The notes beneath the pieces were generated by a model that was given only the letters and a program-made list of their open reading frames with translations, searched no databases and was not told where the DNA came from. A stretch of DNA of 16,130 nt from a candidate division WOR-3 bacterium. GTDB taxonomy: Bacteria; Hydrothermota; Hydrothermia; B15-G9; WFZT01. A program made the translations under genes and the position numbers. Position 1 is the first letter of the stretch. Every line of letters begins with the position of its first letter. Positions 1 through 8,175 of this stretch are shown here, in pieces. The stretch is from positions 1 to 16,130 of the forward strand of contig JALUEE010000039.1 of the NCBI GenBank assembly GCA_027053075.1, given 5' to 3'.

Positions 1-90
1 AACTACATTGTATCCATACTGGGCAAAAACATGGGCAATGCCATTCCCCATGGTACCTGCACCAATTACGGCAACCTGCTTAATATCCAT
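1..90 (-). CDS. hbd: 3-hydroxybutyryl-CoA / 3-hydroxyacyl-CoA dehydrogenase, N-terminal part (runs off the window edge)
   Basis: Manual translation from the ATG at 90 gives MDIKQVAVIGAGTMGNGIAHVFAQYGYNVV, the GAGTMGxGIA NAD-binding signature of the 3HCDH family; GGAGG Shine-Dalgarno at 98-102 (minus strand). Not in the ORF track because it is truncated. Confidence 0.85.
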   Translation of the reverse strand, partial: MDIKQVAVIGAGTMGNGIAHVFAQYGYNVV

Positions 91-124
91 ATTGAAACCT
101 CCTTTTTAATGAGCATTCAGGGAA

Positions 125-154
125 ATTATAATATTCGTGACCGGAACTTAACAA
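125..154 (-). promoter_or_regulatory. Putative sigma70 promoter for hbd
   Basis: Minus strand TTGTTA (154-149), 18 nt spacer, TATAAT (130-125), upstream of the SD. Confidence 0.45.
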
Positions 155-1774
155 CTACTCCCATTCAATGGTGGCAGGGGGTTTGGATGTAATATCAAAT
201 ACAACCCTGTTTATTCCTGTGATTTCATTAACAATCCTGCTTGAAATTCTCTCCAAAACTTCATAGGGTAGCTTTGCCCAATCTGCTGTCATTCCATCAA
301 CAGACGTTACAGCCCTCAATGCCACCACATACTCGTAAGTTCTTTTATCCCCCATTACTCCTACGGTTTTGATGGGGAGTAACACCGGGAATACCTGCCA
401 GAGCTCTTCGTACAACCCTGCGTTTTTGATTTCTTCTTCAATAATTAAATCTGCCAGCTTGACAAGTGAAAGACTCTCCTCGGTCACCTCTCCGATGATT
501 CTGATTGCAAAGCCAGGACCGGGAAAAGGATGACGGCTGATTAGTTCATCGGGCATACCAAGAATTTTGCCAATCTTCCTCACTTCATCCTTAAAAAGCA
601 TCTTGAGGGGCTCGAGGAGTTTAAAAGGTAGCCAATCGGGCAGTCCGCCGACATTGTGATGGGATTTGATGGTCTCAGAGGGGCCCACCACCGGTGTTGA
701 TTCAATCACATCCGGATACAGGGTCCCCTGAGCGAGGAATTTGATCTTATCCTTAAGCTTCAGGGACTCGTCTCGAAAAACTTCAATGAATTTTTCGCCG
801 ATAATCTTTCGCTTTTCCTCAGGGTCTTTTACGCCTTTCAAAGCATTCAAAAATATTTCGCGTGCATCGATTATTCTTAAGTTTTTCAATTGTCCGAAAA
901 ATTTTTTAATCCTTTCCGTTTCTCCGATCTTGAGCAGCCCTGTGTCGATAAATATGGGGTAAAAATTTTCGCCCACCGCCTTTGCAAGCAGATAGGCAAC
1001 TACAGAAGAATCAACGCCGCCGGAGAGGGCAAGGATTACTCCGTTGCCGTCCACTCTTTCTCTGATTTCTGCAATCATAGTCTCAACATAATTTTCCAGC
1101 TTCCACTCACCCTTTGCCCCGGCTATCTCGTAGAGGAAATTCCGAATGATTTCAGTTCCGTACTCCGTGTGAACCACCTCGGGATGAAACTGAAGGCCGT
1201 AAATTTTTCTTTTCTCGTCTGAGATCGCAGCGTATGGGGAGTTGGCAGTGCGGGCAATAACACTGAAATTTTCAGGGATTGATAGAACCCTATCCCCATG
1301 ACTCATCCAGACGCGGAATTTTCTTACACCGCTCCGCCCCCCACGCACTTCGTGCGTGGGGGGCGGAGTAAGGTGGGGGGTATCTTCATTTCCCTTGTAA
1401 TCCTGTGCTTTTAAATCGGGTATATTCCTAAAAAGTGGTGAATCTTTGATGATTTCAAGCTCAGCAAATCCATATTCCTTTTCGCCTGCCGGAGCAACCT
1501 TACCACCTAACACGTGGGCAATAATCTGAAGGCCGTAGCAAATTCCCAGAATGGGCTTCCCAATCTCAAAGATGCGTTTATCCGGCAGGTATGGCCTTTC
1601 ATCGTAAACACTACCTGGCCCGCCGCTGAGGATTATGGCGATTACATCGTCACCTATCTGGTCGGGTGAGATGTTGTAGGGAACAATCTCCGAATAGACG
1701 TTATTCTCCCTAACTCTGCGGGCAATGAGCTGCGTGTACTGTGAGCCAAAATCCAGGATGATGACCTTTTCCAT
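155..1774 (-). CDS. guaA: GMP synthase (glutamine-hydrolysing), with a ~30-aa insertion in the GATase domain
   Basis: [16 protein letters not shown]-terminus, SGGP, catalytic GICYG, WMSHGD, QFHPEV, PP-loop [28 protein letters not shown]-terminal [13 protein letters not shown]. Confidence 0.99.
   Translation of the reverse strand: MEKVIILDFGSQYTQLIARRVRENNVYSEIVPYNISPDQIGDDVIAIILSGGPGSVYDERPYLPDKRIFEIGKPILGICYGLQIIAHVLGGKVAPAGEKEYGFAELEIIKDSPLFRNIPDLKAQDYKGNEDTPHLTPPPTHEVRGGRSGVRKFRVWMSHGDRVLSIPENFSVIARTANSPYAAISDEKRKIYGLQFHPEVVHTEYGTEIIRNFLYEIAGAKGEWKLENYVETMIAEIRERVDGNGVILALSGGVDSSVVAYLLAKAVGENFYPIFIDTGLLKIGETERIKKFFGQLKNLRIIDAREIFLNALKGVKDPEEKRKIIGEKFIEVFRDESLKLKDKIKFLAQGTLYPDVIESTPVVGPSETIKSHHNVGGLPDWLPFKLLEPLKMLFKDEVRKIGKILGMPDELISRHPFPGPGFAIRIIGEVTEESLSLVKLADLIIEEEIKNAGLYEELWQVFPVLLPIKTVGVMGDKRTYEYVVALRAVTSVDGMTADWAKLPYEVLERISSRIVNEITGINRVVFDITSKPPATIEWE
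1332..1380 (-). repeat. REP-like palindromic element, copy 1 (inside the guaA coding sequence)
   Basis: Perfect 17-bp inverted repeat 1332-1348/1352-1368 (ctccgccccccacgcac-TTC-gtgcgtggggggcggag; GAA loop on the minus strand) plus a C-rich 5' tail on the minus strand; core shared with the copy at 15954-15996. Confidence 0.85.
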
Positions 1775-1887
1775 AAGTTCCTAATTTTAATGCAAATTGA
1801 CGCGTGTAAGCCATTGATGGGATTTGTTGTGAAGCTCGTCGGTTTTGTGAGGGAAATCTTTAAGCTTTCAAGTGGAATGCCCCCTTT

Positions 1888-1929
1888 ACTTTGCGCCCCC
1901 GCGCTTCGCGCGGGGGCGCAAAGTTTTTT
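1888..1929 (+). terminator. Perfect 17-bp GC-rich hairpin followed by a T-run (terminator-like on +, or a REP-like relative)
   Basis: actttgcgcccccgcgc-TTC-gcgcgggggcgcaaagt (1888-1904/1908-1924), with T6 at 1924-1929. Confidence 0.5.
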
Positions 1930-2066
1930 GTTAGTTAAAGAAATACAAGCCTCGCTTATGTGGGAAGGTATTTTCGACACACAAACTGAGCTTGCCGGTT
2001 TGGATATCTGATTACTTAGCCCATGATTGTAGGTTTATTAATTTGAGCTGGCGTCAAGAAACCCTT

Positions 2067-2111
2067 CCTCTCCCCACATAAATTCTTTGCGGGGAGAGGT
2101 TAGGTGAGGGG
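2067..2111 (-). repeat. REP-like palindromic element, degenerate copy 2
   Basis: Minus strand reads CCCCTCACCTAA-CCTCTCCCC-gcaaagaatttatgt-GGGGAGAGG: the same C-rich tail plus purine/pyrimidine-asymmetric stem (2067-2075/2091-2099) as copies 1 and 3. Confidence 0.6.
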
Positions 2112-2203
2112 TTACAACTTGAAATTTATTAAATTTCTACGAAACTCCCAATCCCGTTTTTTTGCGGAAGGATATTATTTTTTCAATCGATAGTGGGAAA
2201 TTG

Positions 2204-2253
2204 AAAAAGAGAGGTAGGAGAGGGGCGGCCCTTCGGGCCGCCCCTCTCCTACC
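2204..2253 (-). terminator. Intrinsic terminator of the btuB-like operon
   Basis: Perfect 19-bp stem 2213-2231/2235-2253 followed on the minus strand by TCTCTTTTT, about 30 nt after the stop codon at 2284. Confidence 0.75.
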
Positions 2254-2283
2254 CGGGAGGTGACCTATCACCCAGAGGAGATG

Positions 2284-3303
2284 CTATTCTCTAACTTCAA
2301 GATACTTAACAATCTGCGAACCCTTGGCATTCCCAAGCTCAACACTTGATGTATCCCCTGTTGCAGCGTCGATGATCCATAGATAGTTGGCATCAGTCCA
2401 GCTTGCTACAGCCACATAAATCTTTGAAGCATTTAAGTTAACATCAATTCCCATGAACCCCATACTTGCCGGTGCATCTGTGTATGTATTCAAAACCTGC
2501 ATTGAAGAGAGATTAACCACCGTGGGGTAATAGGTGTAACCGGTTAAATAGGCTTTGCCGCCTTTTACAACCAGGGCTCCTGGAACTCCGGTAAGTGCAA
2601 GAGTACCAGTTACTGCGAGACTATGCGGATTGATTTTCCAAAGATTTCCTCCTCCCGTTGTGTAATCACCGCCTGCAACAATGATATTACTGCCGTCGTC
2701 AGCGATAAGCGTTGGATTCACAAAGAGAGCGAGGCTATCAAGCTTCTGCAGGTTTGTATTGAAGACATACAGATAGCCTGTGTCCGCTGTGTAAGTTGTA
2801 AGATCGTAAAAGGATGCCACGACATAGATTTTCCCGTTGAAAAACGTTATCCCCGCAGGAGCTATTCCTGCATCAGCAGAGTCTACAATCGCTCCTGAGG
2901 AATTTAGCTTGTAAACCCTGTTGTACGTGTAAGAAGTTACATAAAAGTTTGAACCATCCCAGGCAATATCCCATGGATTAGAGCCCTGAGGCATCACAAA
3001 GCTATCGACGACTATATTTGAGTGATAATCAATCTTCTGGATAGTTGGTATTCCCTGGAAGCCAGAGTTTACAAGATAGAGGTAGTCTCCGAACTTTTTG
3101 AGGGAGTTAGGCGTATTCCCTGTCACAATAGCATTTGTGTCCAGTGAGTCCGTTTCAACGTTGAATATATCTATTGTTTCTGAGCCACCATTTACGATGT
3201 AAACAGCTTTATACTCAAAGACCGGTGGTGGCACTATCAGGCTTTTTGTACATGATGTTGCCACGGCAAGCACAATTACCATCAATGCAAGTACTCTCTT
3301 CAT
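2284..3303 (-). CDS. YncE/YVTN-type beta-propeller lipoprotein, probably a BtuG-like corrinoid-binding protein
   Basis: Signal peptide ending in VATS-C (lipobox-like), repeated blades (GNTPNSL..YLYLVN, GSNPWDIAWDG..FYVTS, GIAPAGITF..GKIYVVA); directly behind the TBDR under a B12 riboswitch; AGGAGGAG SD. Confidence 0.75.
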   Translation of the reverse strand: MKRVLALMVIVLAVATSCTKSLIVPPPVFEYKAVYIVNGGSETIDIFNVETDSLDTNAIVTGNTPNSLKKFGDYLYLVNSGFQGIPTIQKIDYHSNIVVDSFVMPQGSNPWDIAWDGSNFYVTSYTYNRVYKLNSSGAIVDSADAGIAPAGITFFNGKIYVVASFYDLTTYTADTGYLYVFNTNLQKLDSLALFVNPTLIADDGSNIIVAGGDYTTGGGNLWKINPHSLAVTGTLALTGVPGALVVKGGKAYLTGYTYYPTVVNLSSMQVLNTYTDAPASMGFMGIDVNLNASKIYVAVASWTDANYLWIIDAATGDTSSVELGNAKGSQIVKYLEVRE

Positions 3304-3316
3304 TTTACTCCTCCTT

Positions 3317-4981
3317 TTAGAGTTTGGTGGTTATTTTTACCCTCCATTCCCTTCCCGGCGCCGGGTATCCTCTAACGAGGGTGTAATACTTATTGGTTAA
3401 ATTTGTGACACTAAATTCAAGAGTGTTTGCCCCTGCAGGAATCTTTATCCAAAGATTTACGATTGTAAAAGGTTTGAGTATCTTTGGACCGCTCAACCTC
3501 TCGTACCGCTCCCCTTCGTGATTTATGGTGATGAATAAAAAGCCACTCCCAAACGATAGATTCCAGGAATTGAGCGGATAATAGATGAGGTTGACAGGTG
3601 AGTAAATTCTATCCAGATACTCAAAGGAAAATTTTGCGAAGTATTGGCGAAATTTAAGGTTGATTCCACCATCTATACCGTAAATGGAAACGTTTTGAAG
3701 GTTTAAAGGCGACCATTTCCCGTTGGCTCCCGGTGCCCACTTAATGAGGTCGCGGTAGTTTCTCCAGAACCTTGTTATGAAAATTTTTAGGAACTTGAAC
3801 TCCCGTCTGAAGCCTACCTCATACTCCTTCAAATATTCGGGTTTGAGGTCTGGATTCCCAACAGCATAGGGTGTGGATGGCCAGTAAAGGTCATTGTAAG
3901 TGGGCAGTCTGTACCCGGTAGAATATGAGACGTATAGCCCGGCTTTACTTGAAATTCCCATAAAAATGGATGGGTTTAAGCGGCGAGACTTAAACCAGTA
4001 ATCTGAGGAGGCGGAAAAGAATGGGTAGAAAAAGCTCTGAAGTCCTGAGAAGTTCAGGGATGCAGAAATGGAAGAACGTTCGTGCGTTCCAACGCTGGAC
4101 GATTTGATACCCTCACGGGAAAGTGTCAAATTGGCAAACTGGAAGGGTGTGTATTTCAAATGGATGGAATATGTATTGCTGGTGCTACTTTCCCTGAATT
4201 CAGGGGCATATACGAAGTTTTCCTTTGTAAAATCCAGATGAATTTTTTTGTAGGTCAATTTGCCAAAAATTAGATTTTCTCTAATGGAATCATGGGTTGT
4301 TGTGAATCCTCCTGGAATTATGGGCACACCACGTTTTGAATTATCTATGGCAAGGAAAAGGTCGAAATTTTCTGAGCCCAAACGTAAAAAGGAGAATAGA
4401 TTTTCTCTACCTGCGTTGGTGATTCTTGTTTTTATTTGAGGTACCCACAGAACATCGGGTGTCTTTTCGAACGAGAAGCCCAATCTTGAGAAGTATTTTC
4501 CTTTAATAAGAGCACCTTCGATCAGTGAAGCTGAGAAATATCCATCAGGGCCGGCGCCTATCTTTAAAAAATTCGACGGAGATGGAAGAGAGATATTAAT
4601 GAGGCCAGCCATGGAGTTGTAACCGTAGTAAGAGGAGTTGCCGGTAAGAAGAACCTCTGTTCTGCCGATCATATCGGATGGAATGACGTTGAAGTCAAAA
4701 TAGCCGTTTTGTGGGTTTTTGACTGGGATACCTTCAAAGAGGACCTTGATCTCTTCCATTCCGGAGCCACGGATTGATACGCCGGTCATATTTACGTAGT
4801 TTCGAGGAGAGAGGCCGGGAATGGTCAAAAAATCTATGTCGGGCTTAAATTTTGGAGTATCTATCGAATAGGTCATTGGAAAGTACTTTTTTGCAATATC
4901 AGGCCTCTTTCCCTTCACATAGATGGGTGAAAGGATGTATGTTGAATCAGCAAGTATTAAAGCAAGAAAAAGTGCAAACAT
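3317..4981 (-). CDS. btuB: TonB-dependent receptor, probable cobalamin transporter (BtuB-like)
   Basis: Plug motifs (IPGL, VSIRGSG, VLFEGIPV, RTEVLLTGNSSYYGYNSMAGLINI), barrel motifs (YRLPTYNDLYW, GNPDLKPE, NLTNKYY..GYPAPGREW); preceded by a cobalamin riboswitch. Confidence 0.85.
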   Translation of the reverse strand: MFALFLALILADSTYILSPIYVKGKRPDIAKKYFPMTYSIDTPKFKPDIDFLTIPGLSPRNYVNMTGVSIRGSGMEEIKVLFEGIPVKNPQNGYFDFNVIPSDMIGRTEVLLTGNSSYYGYNSMAGLINISLPSPSNFLKIGAGPDGYFSASLIEGALIKGKYFSRLGFSFEKTPDVLWVPQIKTRITNAGRENLFSFLRLGSENFDLFLAIDNSKRGVPIIPGGFTTTHDSIRENLIFGKLTYKKIHLDFTKENFVYAPEFRESSTSNTYSIHLKYTPFQFANLTLSREGIKSSSVGTHERSSISASLNFSGLQSFFYPFFSASSDYWFKSRRLNPSIFMGISSKAGLYVSYSTGYRLPTYNDLYWPSTPYAVGNPDLKPEYLKEYEVGFRREFKFLKIFITRFWRNYRDLIKWAPGANGKWSPLNLQNVSIYGIDGGINLKFRQYFAKFSFEYLDRIYSPVNLIYYPLNSWNLSFGSGFLFITINHEGERYERLSGPKILKPFTIVNLWIKIPAGANTLEFSVTNLTNKYYTLVRGYPAPGREWRVKITTKL

Positions 4982-5068
4982 ATCCGATCCTCAAAAAGGA
5001 CCGGCCTCAAGGGGGATGGTAGGAATGAAATCCTGCCTGCCTCAGACCCCCGGAGGCGGCCGTGTTTG

Positions 5069-5256
5069 TGTTTCTGGAGTAGGTCTCCCGGCTCGCAGGC
5101 ACCGGCTGACGCCGGTCAGGTTATCGAGCCTTCCCGGATGGAGAGCTCATCACCCTTCCATCCAGTGGCTGGCATGTGCCTTTGATAACCCTTAACCTGC
5201 ACACGGTAGCGGGGACTGCCCAGGATTCTCACCTGGTTCCCTGGACTCCAGAAACA
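5069..5256 (-). ncRNA. Cobalamin (B12) riboswitch aptamer
   Basis: Minus strand: P1 tgtttctggagt/actccagaaaca (12 bp), AGGGAA, T-loop hairpin ccaggTGAGAATcctgg, GCAGTCCCCGCTACCGT, GCCACTGG...GGGAAGGC, and B12-box GAGCCGGGAGACCT; upstream of a BtuB-like gene. Confidence 0.95.
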
Positions 5257-5275
5257 TTTCAAAAAGCGTAACGAA

Positions 5276-5304
5276 ATTATAAAAACCACTTAGAGAAAAA
5301 TCAA
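5276..5304 (-). promoter_or_regulatory. sigma70 promoter for the riboswitch/btuB transcript
   Basis: TTGATT (5304-5299), 17 nt, TATAAT (5281-5276), about 20 nt upstream of P1. Confidence 0.7.
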
Positions 5305-5342
5305 CAAGTTGGCAATCCTTTCAAAAACGCAACAAAAGGGGA

Positions 5343-5384
5343 TTGACTAACATTTTTGATTTATTTATCATATGGCATAATACT
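5343..5384 (+). promoter_or_regulatory. Candidate promoter(s) for the ferredoxin-reductase gene
   Basis: TTGACT(5343)-17-TATCAT(5366), and an overlapping TTGATT(5356)-17-AATACT(5379). Confidence 0.5.
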
Positions 5385-5403
5385 AAAATTTAAGGAGGTC
5401 AAT

Positions 5404-6465
5404 ATGAACGAAAAAGAATTTTCAAAGCCTTGGCATGGGATACCAAGAGAGGAAATAGATTGGCATCCAACAGTTGATCCACTACTATGCATTGGGTGCG
5501 GAACCTGCGTTACCGGATGTAGCAGAAAGGTTTATAGATTTGATTTCAAGAATCAGAAAGCTAAGGTTTATAATCCCATTAACTGCCTTGTGGGATGCAC
5601 AACATGTATGAATACATGCCCAGCAGGTGCCATAAGTTTTCCCCCTGTCGAAGTTGTCAAACAACTTGAATCAAGACCAGAGGTGCGTAAGACCATTTGG
5701 AATGAATTGATTGCTAAGAAGGAGGAACTGGCTTATCCCGGGACAGAGAAATATCCTGGCAAAGGGACGCCCTTTAAAGTAATAAAGATTGAAGCGCTTG
5801 CTCCTGAGATAAAAAGGATTTGGCTTTCTCCAATAGAAAAACCTATAAATTATCATCCAGGTCAATACATCATGATAGATGTCCCAGGGGAGAAGGATAT
5901 GGTGCGCGCTTATTCTATTGCAAATGCACCGCGTAAAGATGGCCTTATTGAGCTCCACATAAGACTTGTAAGGGGAGGTATATTCACAACTTATGTGTTT
6001 GAAAGGTTAATAGAAGGCGAAACCCTCGGTGTTCACGGCCCCTTTGGTAAATTCCGGTTTGTAGAGAACCACACTACACCCGTAATTATGGCTGCAGTGG
6101 CTACTGGACTTGCACCCATCAAGGCAATTTTAGAATATGCTTTGCCGAGGAGCAGGAATAGGATTTTCAAACTATATTTTACTGCACACAATTGTGCGAC
6201 TTTCTATGGCCTCGAATGGATGAGGAAATGGGATGAAGAATACCCTAACTTTGAATATGTTACATCTATTTCAAGTCCACACCCGGAATGTCCTCACTCA
6301 GCTGAACTGGGTAGAATTCACATTGTCATAGAGAGGCACGAGAATAACCTAAAGGGATATGACGCTTATGTCGCAGGTTCTCCCAAGGTAATCAAGGCGA
6401 CAGTTGAGACCTTTAAGAAGCTTGGTGTCTCAGAAGGCCATATTTTTTATGATATAGCTGCATAA
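5404..6465 (+). CDS. Fusion of a 2x[4Fe-4S] ferredoxin and an FAD/NAD(P)-binding FNR-type oxidoreductase
   Basis: CIGCGTCVTGC and CLVGCTTCMNTCP cluster motifs; YHPGQYI, RAYSIAN, GGIFT, GPFGKF, TGLAP and YVAGSP reductase motifs. Start moved to the ATG at 5404 because AAGGAGG precedes it; the TTG at 5356 lies in the promoter region. Confidence 0.85.
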   Translation: MNEKEFSKPWHGIPREEIDWHPTVDPLLCIGCGTCVTGCSRKVYRFDFKNQKAKVYNPINCLVGCTTCMNTCPAGAISFPPVEVVKQLESRPEVRKTIWNELIAKKEELAYPGTEKYPGKGTPFKVIKIEALAPEIKRIWLSPIEKPINYHPGQYIMIDVPGEKDMVRAYSIANAPRKDGLIELHIRLVRGGIFTTYVFERLIEGETLGVHGPFGKFRFVENHTTPVIMAAVATGLAPIKAILEYALPRSRNRIFKLYFTAHNCATFYGLEWMRKWDEEYPNFEYVTSISSPHPECPHSAELGRIHIVIERHENNLKGYDAYVAGSPKVIKATVETFKKLGVSEGHIFYDIAA

Positions 6466-6735
6466 AACAGGGGTTAAACACATCCTATATTTTTTAGGCT
6501 TTAAAAAGAAACGCGACACAAGGAGTTTGAAAGGAAATTCTAAATACTTTGGAGGACAGAGGAGATAGGAACAGGGTATATCTTCAAAAGAGCTTACAGG
6601 GTGAGAATGTATAGGAAAATCACTTCCCTCTCTATTTAATCAATAGCACATAAGCACATAAAATAGAGCGGTTATATTCAAGGATCGCAGAGAATTAGTG
6701 ACTTAACCAGCGGCTGAAGATGAATTCTCCCAGGC

Positions 6736-6764
6736 TTGATTTAAAGGATTGGGGGCATTAACTT
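6736..6764 (+). promoter_or_regulatory. Putative promoter for the DUF151 gene
   Basis: TTGATT-17-TAACTT, followed by a GAGGTGA SD and the ATG at 6783. Confidence 0.5.
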
Positions 6765-6782
6765 ATGAGTGAGGTGATGGCA

Positions 6783-7196
6783 ATGGAAGGTGTTGTGGAA
6801 GTTGAGGTTTATGAGATACTCCTTGATGAGTCGGTGAAGGCACCTGTGGTGGTTTTGAAGGAGAAAAACGGTGACCGGATTCTTCCCATCTGGATTGGAC
6901 AGGCTGAGGCCATCTCTATTGCTTATGCAATGGAGGAGATTGGGACTGAAAGGCCACTTACCCATGATTTGATAAAGCTCATAATAGATGGCTTCGGTGC
7001 AAAACTCGATAAAGTTGTCATAAATGACCTTCGAGATAATACATATTTTGCAAGGCTCATCTTTAAGATGGATTCAACTGTCATAAGCATTGATGCCCGT
7101 CCATCGGATTCTATTGCTATAGCACTGAGAACCAAATCACCCATCTACGTTTCAGAGAAGGTTCTAAAAGAAGGGGGCGCAAGAGCAGAGCAATAG
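6783..7196 (+). CDS. Bifunctional nuclease family protein (DUF151, DNase/RNase)
   Basis: PVVVLKE..RILPIWIG..EA, RPLTHDL, TYFARL, IDARPSDSIAIALR..PIYV. The start could also be 6765 or 6777; 6783 has the best SD spacing. Confidence 0.93.
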   Translation: MEGVVEVEVYEILLDESVKAPVVVLKEKNGDRILPIWIGQAEAISIAYAMEEIGTERPLTHDLIKLIIDGFGAKLDKVVINDLRDNTYFARLIFKMDSTVISIDARPSDSIAIALRTKSPIYVSEKVLKEGGARAEQ

Positions 7197-7197
7197 C

Positions 7198-7226
7198 TTG
7201 ACGCTATAATTTCAGGGCAAAATAAT
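7198..7226 (+). promoter_or_regulatory. Putative promoter for the pyrR operon (likely leaderless mRNA)
   Basis: TTGACG-17-AATAAT, then 7 nt to the ATG at 7234; no SD; an additional TATAAT at 7205-7210. Confidence 0.5.
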
Positions 7227-7233
7227 TGAAACT

Positions 7234-7779
7234 ATGGAAAAGTTAATGGATTCCCGTGAGATGGCTTTGGTGGTCTCAAAAACTGCCGATAGAATCATCG
7301 AAGAGTTTAGTGACCTGAAAAACCTCGCGCTGATTGGTATAAAAACACGCGGCGTTCCACTTGCTGCCCGACTGGCAAAAGAGATTGAGAGTAAAACCGG
7401 TCAAAAAATTCCCATTGGTGAGCTTGATATCACCTTTTACAGAGATGACCTTACACTTATTTCCAGTGCCCCGGTTGTAAAGGGCACGAAAATTGATTTT
7501 GACGTGAACAACAAAAATATAATTCTCGTTGATGATGTTCTTTACACAGGCAGGACCGTAAGAAGTGCACTTGATGAGATTCTCACTGATTTTGGAAGAC
7601 CCAGATTGATCAGGCTGTTTGTAATGGTGGACCGTGGAAATAGAGAACTTCCCATCTGCGCAGATTACGTTGGTAAAAAGGTTTTTGTGCCAAAAGACAA
7701 AATCGTAGATGTGCTACTTGAAGAAATTGATGGAAGGGACGAAGTTATAATTAGAGAGAAAGAGGAGGACTGGAAATGA
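7234..7779 (+). CDS. pyrR: PyrR bifunctional pyrimidine regulator / uracil phosphoribosyltransferase
   Basis: [25 protein letters not shown] motif [30 protein letters not shown]. Confidence 0.96.
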   Translation: MEKLMDSREMALVVSKTADRIIEEFSDLKNLALIGIKTRGVPLAARLAKEIESKTGQKIPIGELDITFYRDDLTLISSAPVVKGTKIDFDVNNKNIILVDDVLYTGRTVRSALDEILTDFGRPRLIRLFVMVDRGNRELPICADYVGKKVFVPKDKIVDVLLEEIDGRDEVIIREKEEDWK

Positions 7780-8174
7780 TATTTGAATTAAACGTTAGGT
7801 CTTCTAAAAGAATTGAGATGATTGACATAACATCCCGCGTGAGGGATGTTGTGAGGAAATCAGGTGTAAAAGAGGGAATTTGTACACTTTATGTTCCCCA
7901 TACCACTGCGGCGGTTACAATCAACGAGAATGCAGACCCGTCTGTGAGAGTTGATATTGAAAACACGCTCTCGAAGCTCGTTCCATACAACGCTGGGTAC
8001 GCGCACCTTGAGGGAAATGCGGATGCACACATCAAATCCACGATGGTGGGGCCTTCTGAAACACTCATCATACGCGACGGCGACATCTTGCTTGGCACCT
8101 GGCAGGGAATATTCTTCTGCGAGTTTGATGGCCCTCGCTCAAGACGTATTTATGTCAAAATCATAGAAGGTTAG
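7776..8174 (+). CDS. yjbQ: YjbQ / UPF0047 family protein
   Basis: [46 protein letters not shown] overlap with the pyrR stop. Confidence 0.95.
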   Translation: MIFELNVRSSKRIEMIDITSRVRDVVRKSGVKEGICTLYVPHTTAAVTINENADPSVRVDIENTLSKLVPYNAGYAHLEGNADAHIKSTMVGPSETLIIRDGDILLGTWQGIFFCEFDGPRSRRIYVKIIEG

Positions 8175-8175
8175 C

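Noticed and set aside
1322..1417. guaA insert as an intein or self-splicing intron
   Set aside because: Far too short, with no Cys/Ser...His-Asn intein ends and no group I/II features; the reading frame is continuous.
1775..1930. Purine riboswitch upstream of guaA
   Set aside because: The purine aptamer core was not found, the -10 candidate lies only 9 nt from the ATG, and the nearby hairpin's T-run is on the wrong strand.
1654..2011. ORFs 1654..1980(-) and 1790..2011(+)
   Set aside because: They overlap the guaA start/promoter region and run through a GC hairpin; no recognisable motifs or SD; likely spurious.
1332..2253. Hairpin cluster as a CRISPR array or integron attC sites
   Set aside because: The repeats are neither identical nor regularly spaced; there are no cas or integrase genes and no RYYYAAC/GTTRRRY-bounded cassettes.
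4923..5195. 90-aa plus-strand ORF
   Set aside because: Antisense to the cobalamin riboswitch and the btuB start; explained by GC-rich structured RNA.
5356..5371. FNR/CRP-like box TTGAT-N6-ATCAT
   Set aside because: Spacing does not match the FNR consensus TTGAT-N4-ATCAA, and the sequence is explained by overlapping promoter hexamers in AT-rich DNA.
7197..7233. PyrR-binding attenuator
   Set aside because: Only 37 nt of intergenic space, with no PyrR binding-loop consensus or terminator.
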